This document shows, in pieces, positions 1 through 10,144 of a stretch of 64,000 nt of DNA. The stretch is from Marsupella aquatica (taxonomy: Eukaryota > Plantae > Marchantiophyta). The translations under genes and the position numbers were made by a program. Each line of letters starts with the position of its first letter. Positions within the stretch are counted from its first letter, which is position 1. The stretch spans positions 31,193,112 to 31,257,111 of the forward strand of contig OZ316891.1 in the NCBI GenBank assembly GCA_973895155.1, in the 5' to 3' direction. Under the pieces are notes generated by a model. That model was given only the letters and a program-made list of their open reading frames with translations, was not told the origin of the DNA and made no database searches.

Positions 1-336
1 CCCTACGATTCGGCGCCAACGAAGGAGGACATTATGACCAGTCATTTTTGGATACTCGGAGGCCAGCACACAATAATGGCGTACAAATTGCTGAGGATGG
101 ACGACAAAGTCAGCCAAGTTGTTCGGGATGCATGCGGTACAGTAGAAGCTGTAATGTTTTGGGCAACTCTCAACAACGACAATAATATTCATTTGATGGG
201 ACTATCGAAGGCTCTGAACCACTGTCATCAAACATCAATGGAAGAAGGACAGTTTCTCACCATTGTACGTCAGTGTCGTAATATCTGGAACTCATTTGGG
301 CGGCCTGGATCACATTATCGTCATCCAAATTGGAAG
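1..336 (+). other. ParB/Sulfiredoxin-like domain segment
   Basis: FWILGGQHTIMA resembles the ParB/Srx hhhGxHRxxA motif. It is followed by LSKALNHCHQTSMEE, resembling ParB ALxENxxRxxLxxxE. Motif-level recognition only. Confidence 0.45.
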
Positions 337-390
337 GTATATAAATAACCCTCTTCCCTAAACCCTAAACATTATCTTTTAAATGTTTTC

Positions 391-410
391 TCACGCGAAC
401 GGTCGCGTCA
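391..410. promoter_or_regulatory. Palindromic site 1, TCACGCG-AACGGT-CGCGTCA (intron 337-444)
   Basis: ACGCG-N6-CGCGT dyad read directly; function inferred. Confidence 0.7.
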
Positions 411-1212
411 ATCTTAGAATATTCATGTTTCCATTGTTTTTCAGGTATTTATGAGAGCTACGAGTTTTGTTTGCCCATGGGCTCAAATGGGGAAGAACGA
501 AATGATGAAATTTGGAGAATTGGCTCCATTTCTCTTTACAATGGAGGACAAAACATTCAAGAAGTGGATGGAGGTCTATGAACTATCAAGGACAGGAGAG
601 CTTGTAATTTACAACGGAATTTTACAGAGAGACACCGTCAAAATTGCGGATAATCCCTATGCTTACCATCTCCTTAAGAAGACGTTCCGTTCTTGTCAAG
701 GGTGCTCGGACTCGGTTCTTCAAAAGGCAGCGGAATATATGTTGAGCGGAAGACTGTCTATACTCAAAAACCGAAGCATCAAAGTGAAATCTGGGAAGGC
801 GAGGAAGTCCTCTGAGGCTCCGGTGTTGTCAACGACCAGCATGAGTTTGGAGCAATTTTGTATAAAGAAGAAGACGAAAGTTGAGTTTGAGATTTTGTTA
901 TTGAGTAAATTCAACGGGGATACATCCACCCGGACGGAGCTGAAAAGTCTGACAGATTCAGCGCGGAAATTGCGGGTCAACAGAATGATTGATCGCTTTA
1001 AGCTCGCCAAGATGGTGGTGAAGTAGTTGAGAGATGCGTTGAGTGGTTATCTGAAGAAGTGCTTAAATGTAAATATTAGTAATGATAATTTGTTGAAGGA
1101 GATCGACCCAATATTCTACAGGTTGGTGGAAGGAATACAGAAATCAGTTGATAGTCAAGGAAACCAACTAGTGCGGCCGGTCGGTGAGAGGCTGAAATTG
1201 CGATCCCTGTAG

Positions 1213-1885
1213 GATATACAAAATGTTGGGTTTGCAGACTGTATCATACGTGAAGACAAGAACCTTGCGAGCTTGATTTATTTTGATTCCTCATCAATGG
1301 GAGATTTGCGTCCGCCAAATTGCTCATTCTATGAGGGGTTATTTCGTGCTACTAGCGTGATAGGGGCAAAACCACACCATGTGGTTATTATTGTAGCCTC
1401 TCCCGTTGAGTCTTATTTAATCAAACGGGAATTAGGGAAGTACACACACTACGTTGCTATCGATAGCCATTATATTCAGAAGCGGCCAAAGGAGAAGAAG
1501 CTTATTGTAACCTACGCTTTTCATAGCTTGGCCTTCAGCACAATGGGCGATCCACAAGCCCTCGAGTTCCAGTTGGTCTCCAAATATCGGATTGATAAGA
1601 TAGCCAATTTTTAAGAGAGCGGCGAGTTCACGACACCTTCCCCAGAAAAGATACTTCCATTCTTTGAAAGTATTGTTAGTCAATTCGTCCAATGTGGGGA
1701 ATGGGCTATATGCTTCGACGAGGGAACGAACTTGATCCAGTGCCTAATGGTAAGTTTTGAGATTTATATTTTGGGGTTTCGATTTTAAGATTATTTGGAT
1801 TTTCATATTCTCAATTAATATTGTGAACTAATTTCGGCTTGTTTTACAGGATGCTGGATCCAATGTAAAATATTACTGCCCTGTG
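1213..1885 (+). other. Degenerate beta-class N4/N6 DNA methyltransferase-like domain
   Basis: ASLIYFDSSS sits at the position of motif IV (vDLIftDPPY). About 120 aa later, ILPFFESIVSQFVQCGEWAICFDEGTNLIQCLMDAGSNV resembles the motif X/I block (LxxLIxxxxxxGDxVLDxFxGSGT...A..xGR). The catalytic PPY is absent. Confidence 0.35.
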
Positions 1886-2207
1886 GCAACGCATAAGGAG
1901 TTGTCTTGTTTCTTGCAACACACCACGACGACAATTGATACAACGCTGTCATTGATTGACCCAATACGGGCTAGTATAGAAAAATGTATAGATAAATTAA
2001 TGAAGTACCGTCCATCCGTAACTGCTCTCAGGGCTGATGTCTTGGATGTCCTCCACAAACAACATATCCCAGATAATATTTGTAATCAATTATTGCAAGA
2101 GTATGCCCTCTCTGAAGATTCCAATCGATTGTACATTCGACCAACGGAGTACCCTCATGGGCCATTCCAAGGTAGGTTACTTTTGAACCCTCTTACTTTT
2201 TCTTGGG

Positions 2208-2227
2208 TCACGCGAACATGCGCGTGG
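2208..2227. promoter_or_regulatory. Palindromic site 2, TCACGCG-AACATG-CGCGTGG (intron 2172-2273)
   Basis: Same dyad. Confidence 0.7.
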
Positions 2228-2539
2228 ACATTCTCAACATTTCTTTCTAATCTAATGATCTGATTTTCTTCAGATCAAGTCAAACGCGGCTCCAATGTTG
2301 AGGATGCAGGGAGCAATGGTGATGCGGATGGTGAGGGGGAAGGAGACGCGGAAGGTGACGCGGATGGGGATGTCAATGACCAAGATCCAGAGTGGATGAC
2401 CGATACCCAGAACGATGTCGGATATTCCGACAAAAGCGAGGAAGAGAGTGACGGAGAGGAGATGAAGGACGCTGAGGACGCTGAGGAGGCTGAGGATGCT
2501 GAGGACGCTAAGGACTCTAATGAAGAGGCCACACAGGAG

Positions 2540-3160
2540 CCTCGTCATGAGGCGGACCAAGAGGAGGCGGCCTGGCAGGAGGACACCCGGCAGGAGGACG
2601 CCCGGCAGGAGGACACCCGGCAAGAGGCGGCCCGGAAAGAGGCGGCCTGGCAAGAGGCGGCCCGGAAGGAGGCGGCCCGGCAGGAGGCGGCCCGGCAGGA
2701 GGAGGCCTGACAGGAGGAGGCCCGACAGGAGGCTGCCCGGAAGGAGGAAGCCCGGCAGGAGGAGGCGACCCGGCAGGAGGAGGCCCGGCAAGAGGAGGCC
2801 CGACAAGAGGCGGCCCGACAAGAGGCAGCCCGACAAGAGGAGCTTCAAAAGAAGGAGGCTAAGAAGAAAAAGGCGGCAGCTAGAAAAGCAACTGCCGCAA
2901 AGAAGAAGGAAAAAACCGACACTGAGAAAGCCCAGGCGGAAAAAGCCCAGGCTGAAAAAGACAAGGCTGAGAAAGCCAAGGCTGAGAAAGCCCAGGCTGA
3001 AAAAGACCAGGCGGAGAAAGCCGAGGCTGAGAAAGCCGAGGCTGAGAAAGCCCAGGCTGAGAAAGCCCAGGCGGAGAAAGCCGAGGCCGAGAAAGCGGAG
3101 GCGGAGAAAGCGGAGGCGGAGAAAGCGGAGGCTGAGAAAGCCCAGGCTGAGAAAGCCCTT
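2540..3160 (+). repeat. Coding minisatellite, 15-bp units (QEEAR/QEAAR then EKAEA/EKAQA); predicted charged helix or coiled coil
   Basis: Repeated CAGGAGGAGGCCCGG and GAGAAAGCCCAGGCT units in the frame of the large gene. Confidence 0.9.
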
Positions 3161-4196
3161 TTAGTGACCAAGGAAAATAGGGCCAAGGCGGAGAGTGCCG
3201 AGGCAGAGAGGCTGCTGGCCGAGAGGATGGCGGACCAGAGCGAACAGACCGCAAGACCGGAGAGGGAGGAGGCGGAGGAGGCGCAAAAGGTTGATTCCGC
3301 AAGACTGGAGAGAGAAGATACCGCAAGACTGGAGAGGGTGAAGGCAGAGAAGGTAGAGGCAACGAGGAGGGAGGCCGAGAGGGCCAAGGATCTTTCGCTT
3401 ATTCCTGAAGCACAACGTCTACCGAATATAAAGCTGAATTTGAAGAAGCCTTCTTCACCCTCGGTTGCAGTTAAGAAGAAAATATTAGACTATTTTCTTC
3501 GGCCGGAGTTTGAGTTTAACGATCCACCCTTAAGAACGGTCTCGTTGGATGATTGGAATAAATATTCACCGGAGCAGCTCCGAGTCCAGGCTGTCTTGGC
3601 TTTGCAATATTGGAAGGGTCTTTTGATTACCGAGGAGAAGACTTCCACTGCATCCAGAATGGAGACAATCATCAATAATGTCTGATTTTCCGAGAATCGA
3701 GTGCAAGACCTAGGAATATCTCTGGCACCAGACTCGGCTCAAGTCGTTAAGAGACTAACAGCTGAGTTGACGCGACCGGGTTCGTGGTCTCGACCCCGAT
3801 ATACTGCAGAGGTCACTCGCGCGGAAATTGTGGCCCCAGATATTTTGGAATCGGATTCCCAGATTGTTGAATATTTAAATCAAATGCCACAACCATTCGA
3901 AGGTCTTCCCGCCTTATCGCTACAACCTTCGCAAACTGGTCCGTTGGAGCGATCACTGCGGTCTCGAGGAGGGCTTAAGGATGTTGTTGCGAAGGAGGCA
4001 CCCAAGAGATCAGCTGCGAAAAGGCCGGATCCACCCAATCCAAAGGTCATTCGCAAGCTATAAGCTTAAAGTTTCTATTACAGCTGTCATTATTTTATTA
4101 TTGATTTGTTATTGTTTCTGTTTTTTGAGGTAGAACCCTTAGGCTACAACCTCAGTACGTTATTTGAAGGCGTACTGAAATCTCTGTTTTTTGCAG

Positions 4197-4880
4197 TTTT
4201 TTGAAAATTTGGCTAGTCGAATAGATCAATGCCTTGATCCTTCTAAGGATATGGAAGAGCTATTGATCAAGTTCTTACAACACTCGATCAAGAGGAAACA
4301 TATGATGTGTCTGAGACCGCGCGAGTTGCTCACCGATGATATAATTAACGCTTATTTGAGTTTTCTCGAACTGATTCTCGATAGAGTTGGAAAGTCAGAC
4401 CTTGTCAAATTCTTCCAAACACACCATTTTGAGCTCCTCTCCATGGATCCTACCATTTTCGATGAGGAGAGAGCATCTTGGACAAAGGAGTTTCCGCTGG
4501 GAATCAGTGAATACGACAAACTGGTCTTTCCAGTACACAATGCCGTGAAAGAACATTGGTCATTGGTAGTTGTGTATCCGAAGGAGAAACGGCTCGAGTA
4601 CCTAGATTCCCTAGTTCATAATCGATAGAATCCTGGGGTGCTAGATATTGTTGGGAAGTATTACGCCGACGAAATTGGCTGGAGAACTGGTGTCAACTTG
4701 GATCTCTCAGGTTGGGAACGGATATATCGGAATGATATTCCTCACCAGAGTGACGGGCACAGTTGTGGTGTGTTTATCTTGAGATTCGCCAAGTGCTTGT
4801 GTCAAGGAAACGAAATTAATTTTGCCGCGGATCAAATTGAGAAATTCCATAGGGAGATAATCTTGTCGTTATTTGACATG
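4197..4880 (+). other. Ulp1/SENP (peptidase C48) SUMO-protease domain
   Basis: LTDDIINAY, EHWSL (His), YLDSL (Asp) and PHQSDGHSCGVF (Gln oxyanion + Cys) give an intact triad. One TAG at 4626. Confidence 0.9.
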
Positions 4881-5014
4881 GACTTCCGCAAGCCGACGTC
4901 CGCAAATAACCTAGTTACCGGGATCCGTGCTGCTATGATTGACATTGGCGGAATTGAAGTACTGAACGACCGTCTTGTACAGGTAATACACTTCATTTCA
5001 ATCTCTCTTTGTAG

Positions 5015-5034
5015 TCACGCGACTGTTCGCGTTA
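5015..5034. promoter_or_regulatory. Palindromic site 3, TCACGCG-ACTGTT-CGCGTTA (intron 4983-5066)
   Basis: Same dyad. Confidence 0.7.
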
Positions 5035-5243
5035 TAAACTTATTTTCATTTCTTAATGTTTTACAGAAACCTATCCCGAAACCCCCTGATCGAGTATCGA
5101 AGGCACCAATCCGGAAGTCCGGTGATCATCGTCTGGAGGCGGAAAACAAACAGACCATTCTAGTCTGTTCTCCAAACCCTGCGGCACAAAAGTCACAGGT
5201 ACAGATGGCGCCTAAACCATCGGCGCAGAAGTCACCGGTTTAG

Positions 5244-5971
5244 AAGAGACTTGTAATTTTTGATCTAAATCGGGTACTTATCTGGTCAGAGAAGATCATC
5301 CCTGGGATGCCCATTCGGTCAAGGGGGGTGAGACACATGTACAAGGTTATCTATCCAAGGCCTGATTTAATGGAATTTCTTCAGAAGATGGCAGATCTAT
5401 ACGACATTGCAATCTGGTCGTGCATGATGAAACGGAATATTCTATCTTGTTTAAGGCTGATACTTCGACCTGAAGTTTTGAAACGTATTAAATTTATATG
5501 GGGACAAGAATCAACTCGACCTATTGGGAAGAATAATAATGACATCCCCTTATTTGTCAAATGTCTCTCTGACATTGCCGCCGATATTAAAGATTACAAC
5601 ATCGAGAATGTCATTCTTATCGATGATGCTGCATATAAGACGACCCTTAATAACTTCTACTCATCGCTGTATCCCGATGCATATTCTGGGCTCGATGATG
5701 ACATATTTTTTAGAAAGAAACTATATCCATATCTATGCGACATGTCAATTGACAAGTTGACATTCCGCCGGCTCCTTAGTGACCATGGGATTCCAACGTT
5801 CTCTCGCAAGAATCTTGAGAAAGATTATATTGATAAGGCGAATCTTTGGAGGAGAAATGTGATCATTCGTAATCAGGGGAATAAAGACCATTTAGAAAAT
5901 TTTGACGAATATATGAAATACTTATCTGCCGAAAAAGACCGTGCTATAGAAGCCCGGGATAAGTCCGATAA
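5244..5971 (+). other. FCP1/NIF-like HAD phosphatase domain 1
   Basis: LVIFDLNRVL (motif I), RPDLMEFL, IAIWS, FIWGQE and VILIDD...K. Confidence 0.85.
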
Positions 5972-6029
5972 GTAAACATTTATTGTTTATTTTCAATTAT
6001 TATTTATAAATTGATTGAACTTTTGGGAG

Positions 6030-6049
6030 TGACGCGCCCGGTCGCGTGG
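6030..6049. promoter_or_regulatory. Palindromic site 4, TGACGCG-CCCGGT-CGCGTGG (intron starting 5972)
   Basis: Same dyad. Confidence 0.7.
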
Positions 6050-6111
6050 TTGTTTGCAATTGCATAATATGAGAATCGAATTGTTCATTTACAGGTGTCT
6101 AAGTGGAGCAG

Positions 6112-6796
6112 GTCGCGTCAACTTCTAGTTTTAGGACTGGAAAACTTCCTATGCTCTGTTTCAAAATATACTCCTCAGCTTAAGTCGACACCCGAAATTC
6201 GTATCGGATCTCTATGTGTCGTTCCGAGGCTGCATCTTCATGATCTTATAAAATTATGTTATGATCATTTTGATGTGATGATCTGGTCTATTCTCGACGA
6301 TAAACTGGTTTATCAGATACTTTCAGAAGTGTTGTCGAGCACCGACCTGTCGCAGCTGATATATGTGTTCACGCGGGATCATTGCTGGAATCTTGGTTAT
6401 GTGAAGAAAAATTATAAGACTGTTGTCTTCAAATCTATCGAGAGACTACGTGATATGTTTCAAGATTATCGACCAGAGAATATAATCCAGATTGATGCCT
6501 CTCCTTCCCATACATGCCACAGCGCTGTATGCGGATTATTGTTCGCTAAGTCGTTTCAAGGATCGTTGGATGATGTCTTTTTGAGGGATGACCTCATTCC
6601 ATATTTACGAAAGCTATGGGATTCAGGGCTTTGTCTTGCGTTCGCTAACAAGTTCGATTATCCCATCTGGTCGATTAGAAATCTACATCGAGATTGGGAT
6701 CTGAACGAGGATATATGGGAGCATCTGTACGTGCAGAGACATGCGGATCAAGTTCTTATCAAGCACTTCAACAGACGTCACTTATCAATGGCCAGA
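6112..6796 (+). other. FCP1/NIF-like HAD domain 2 (catalytic Asp lost)
   Basis: LLVLGLENFL, RLHLHDLI, VMIWS, NIIQIDAS and DDVFL...L.PYL. Confidence 0.8.
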
Positions 6797-6824
6797 GTAT
6801 AGAGGATATTTTCTCTGTAATATG

Positions 6825-6844
6825 TGACGCGACCATTCGCGTGA
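6825..6844. promoter_or_regulatory. Palindromic site 5, TGACGCG-ACCATT-CGCGTGA (intron 6797-6888)
   Basis: Same dyad. Confidence 0.7.
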
Positions 6845-6888
6845 CTACATCCATACGGGCTCATGCATCTTCTTGTGTTTCTCTACAG

Positions 6889-7578
6889 GAGATTCATTAC
6901 AGCAGAGAAAACGGGCTCATAGTTTTAGACGTGGAGCATCTACTCTGTTACACTGCACCGCATTCCCGACTGATGGCGGTCTCAACTGGAATTCGGATTG
7001 GGAATATATACATTTTTCCAAGGCCTCATCTTCACGAATTCTTGAGATTCTGTTTTGAGAAGTTTGATGTAGGAATCTGGTCCTCTCTTGGGAAGAGCCT
7101 TTTAGATCAGATTTTAGCATCTATTTTTACTGCAATGGAAATGGCCTCATTTAAGTATATTTGGGATGAGTCTCATTGTTACTTATGCGATTGGGTGACA
7201 TCAAATAAGCGGATATTTTTGAAGTGTTTTGAGAAGGTTGGAATTTATACGAAGGCGTATCTGCAGCAAAATATAATGCTTATCGATTCTGATGCATTTC
7301 ATGCTTGTTTAGATCTTGTTGTTGGATCATTATTTCCGCCCAAATATTTTGGGTCGGTCGACGACAGTTTCCTGATTAACTTGCTGATTCCGTATCTTAG
7401 CAAGCTAGCAAAATCTTGTGAGCCGCTTGTCATTGCCAATGGAAGAGATTATCCTGATTGGTCAGTTAAATCTATTTTTAGAGATTATGATTATAATCAT
7501 ACTATATGGGAAGACCCTGTGATTCAGAGGCATGGAGATAGATATCTAGTAGAGCAATTTAACAGACGCCCAATTTAG
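6889..7578 (+). other. FCP1/NIF-like HAD domain 3
   Basis: LIVLDVEHLL, RPHLHEFLRFCFEKFDVGIWSS, YIWDESHC and NIMLIDSD. Clear paralog of domain 2, sharing a C-terminal DYP.WS...RD..W......RH.D..L...FNRR segment. Confidence 0.85.
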
Positions 7579-7786
7579 GACGCTTCCGAAATAATAGTTG
7601 GCATGAGATCAGATTAATTTGTATTGTCGTTCTAGAAACGATTTGTAATCTCCCTATATACTGGTTATCATATATAAAGGATCTCAGAGATTTATTTCTC
7701 TTTTGTTATTATTTGCGTGAGCATGTCTCTTGGTCCCGTCAAGTTGGAGTGCGTAAAAAATCTTAGTTGCAGTCATTTTCAGGGTT

Positions 7787-7806
7787 TCACGCGCAATGAC
7801 GCGTCA
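7787..7806. promoter_or_regulatory. Palindromic site 6, TCACGCG-CAATGA-CGCGTCA (about 210 bp 3' of the stop codon)
   Basis: Same dyad. Confidence 0.7.
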
Positions 7807-8261
7807 TGTCGCCCCCTTTTCATATTAAAATAATAATATTTAGTGATTTTCGGAATTTCCAAAGTTCGGTTTTCCTTAAATTGGGGTTATTGACATATGA
7901 CAAATCACTTCCTTTTTTATTACATAGGGTCCAATTTCCCATTTGAGTGGCATATGCAATGATCATAAACTGGGCCATAAACAAAGCTCAAGGTATGTTA
8001 GACTTTAGAACATGTACTAGGGTTACAACTGTCAAAGCCTGTATTTAGGCATGTACAGTTGAATCAACATTTTCAAGGGCAATATCTCCTACAACTATCA
8101 AGGTTTTACTTTTGGATTCCGAGGAGGGTCAAGCAAGGTTGACAAAAAAGTTGCATATGATGAGGTTCTTTATTGAACGGGTGAATAAAGATTGTATCAC
8201 TTTTGTATTAATCTGTTTGACTTTTAATTTGCCTGAATTACATGTTTGCAATGCACAACCA

Positions 8262-8447
8262 TGTTTGCCTCACCTAAAAATCTTGCCCTCTCCTCGACAT
8301 CTTGCCCTCACCTCGACGTCTTGCCCTCTCCTCGACATCTTGCCCTCACCTCAAAATCTTGCCCTCTACTCGACATCTTGCCCTCACCTCCAAATCTTGC
8401 CCTCACTTCAACATCTTGCCCTCTCCTCGACATCTTGCCCTCACTCA
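8262..8447. repeat. Minisatellite, 19-bp unit (ATCTTGCCCTCWCCTCGAC), about 9-10 copies
   Basis: Directly visible tandem units. Confidence 0.9.
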
Positions 8448-8789
8448 AAGTCTTTCGTGCAACGCACGGGCATGGGGCTATACATCAATAATACCCTCAT
8501 ACATTATCTTACTTGCCTGGTTAGCATATTGACATTTGACGAGTGCGAGCTAAATTATAATTATAGTTCAATATCTATGCATGACACAGAGGATGAGAGG
8601 ATGCTGGTGGGACAGAATATGTTGCATAAAAGGTGTTGCAAAATCGATGTTGGATTAAAAAAAAGCCCCTATGTAGAAGATCACATTTTGCTATAAAGGT
8701 TGATACAGATCAAAGATCATTGTGTAAAAGATCAAAGGTCATTGTGTAAAAGATGTGATAATGCTCGATGTTGTGTTTAGGTGTGTAAA

Positions 8790-9015
8790 AGGTATTGCTG
8801 CATAAAAGATGTCATTGTCTGGGTCAGTGTGGAAAACAAGCATTGCTGCATAAAAGATGTCATTGCCCTGGTCAGTGTGCAAAGACTACAATGCATAAAA
8901 GAGGTTTCATGTTGTGCGGGTCAGTGTGCAAAACAAGCATTGCTGCATAAAAGATGTCATTGCCCTGGTCAGTGTGCAAAGACTACAATGCATAAAAGAG
9001 GTTTCGTGTTGTGCA
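8790..9015. repeat. Tandem repeat, ~48-bp subunits forming a ~97-bp higher-order unit
   Basis: Repeated CATTGCTGCATAAAAGATGTCATTG...GGTCAGTGTGCAAA. Confidence 0.8.
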
Positions 9016-9210
9016 AACGAATCATTGCACAAAATAAATTTAGGAAATAATAAACACGTTTGGATTACTTTGTTATATAATTATTAAATCATAAAGAAAG
9101 ATTTTTTATTACTTCATTTTGATTACTTTGCCCTTAAAACACACCTGCCCATATAAAGTCTGATTCCCTCTCTCAATACTCCTCATTCCTTCCACTGGTG
9201 AACACACTCT

Positions 9211-9407
9211 TGCCATAAAATGTGGAGCACTCACCACTTTTTGTGGAGCTTGCCATAAAATGCAGAGCACTCATCACTTTTTGTGGAGCTCAAGCCCATT
9301 CTTGAATTTGTACACCTTACAATGAGAGTTATGGGTTGCCTGTAACTACTCACCACTTTTTGTGGAGCTCAAGCCCATTCTTGAACTTGTACACCTTACA
9401 ATGAGAT
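9211..9407. repeat. Short imperfect tandem duplications
   Basis: TGCCATAAAATG..GAGCACTCA.CACTTTTTGTGGAGCT twice, and CTCAAGCCCATTCTTGAA.TTGTACACCTTACAATGAGA twice. Confidence 0.75.
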
Positions 9408-10144
9408 ACCCCGTAGCTCTTTATAGATGCACTCGTGCTTTAAAGAGATTAAAATACTGCAACTGCTTTGACTATGGTTATTAATGTTAACTTGTCACCT
9501 ACATGGCACTTCCCAATTGGAAGTATTTCCAGTCCAGTCTGTGTAGGGTTTAGATCTGGGGTTAGGGAGCTCTCGCCTATTTTCCACATCTTAACTAAAA
9601 ACATCCAAATGCGCATCTTGTTGGGTCTCTGTGGTCTTCTAGGGGTCTTTTGCCTTTTGATCATGTCTCCCGGTTTGGTAGTTGCTGTCCTTTTTTGGCA
9701 GTGTGATGTATAAATGCGCATCTTTTGAACGGGAGCTTTCCAGACACGGGCAACAACACAGGAGAATGATGGCTTGGGTTTAGGGAGCCCCTAAACCCCT
9801 TTCGCTTTTGGCCATTTCTGAACAGGATTTCTCTCAGAAGAAACGAAGATTGCACATCCGAAACCAAGCACCCACAAACATCGTGCCTCAGCTGTCTGTC
9901 GGCTCCTCCCTGTCTGTTGTCTGTAGGTATGTTTGTGCATTCACTCAGAGCACCTTCTTACGAGCATCCAAAGAACCATGTGCATTTCACTAAAGAGCAC
10001 CTTCTCACGAGCATCCAAAGAAGACAGTGCATTCACTTAGAGCACCTTCTTACGAGCATCCAAAGAACAGAGCAGCTTCAGATGGCCCAAGGAGATGAAG
10101 TGGAGCACCAACCAGCACAAACCGACCGCAGGCGCAGAATGCGG

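Larger units (their letters stand above)
1..7578 (+). pseudogene. Large multi-exon, multi-domain gene, 5'-truncated by the window edge: ParB/Srx-like + MTase-like + charged repeat + Ulp1/C48 protease + 3x FCP1-like HAD. Probably transposon-borne; interrupted by 7 in-frame stops
   Basis: The ORF-track pieces join in phase through GT-AG introns at 337-444, 1750-1849, 2172-2273, 4046-4196, 4983-5066, 5972-~6111 and 6797-6888. In-frame stops at 1024, 1210, 1612, 2708, 3683, 4626 and 5241. No frameshift is needed if the 6111 acceptor is used. Confidence 0.75.

Noticed and set aside
356-369. CCCTAAACCCTAAA as an interstitial telomere
   Set aside because: Only two units; such telobox-like motifs are common in plant DNA.
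2270-3415. Long Arg/Pro-rich, Leu-rich and Ser/Ala-rich ORFs (2496-3164 +, 2270-2848 -, 2845-3387 -, 2880-3362 -)
   Set aside because: Shadow frames of the 15-bp coding repeat. The frame continuous with the flanking exons encodes the E/A/K/Q/R-rich linker.
1024-5243. Stop codons as U-to-C RNA editing sites or readthrough
   Set aside because: Plant U-to-C editing is known for organellar transcripts, and this gene has spliceosomal introns. Methylation-driven mutation is simpler.
8112-9050. ORFs 8112-8696 and 8781-9050
   Set aside because: Open only because they cross tandem repeats; no domain signal.
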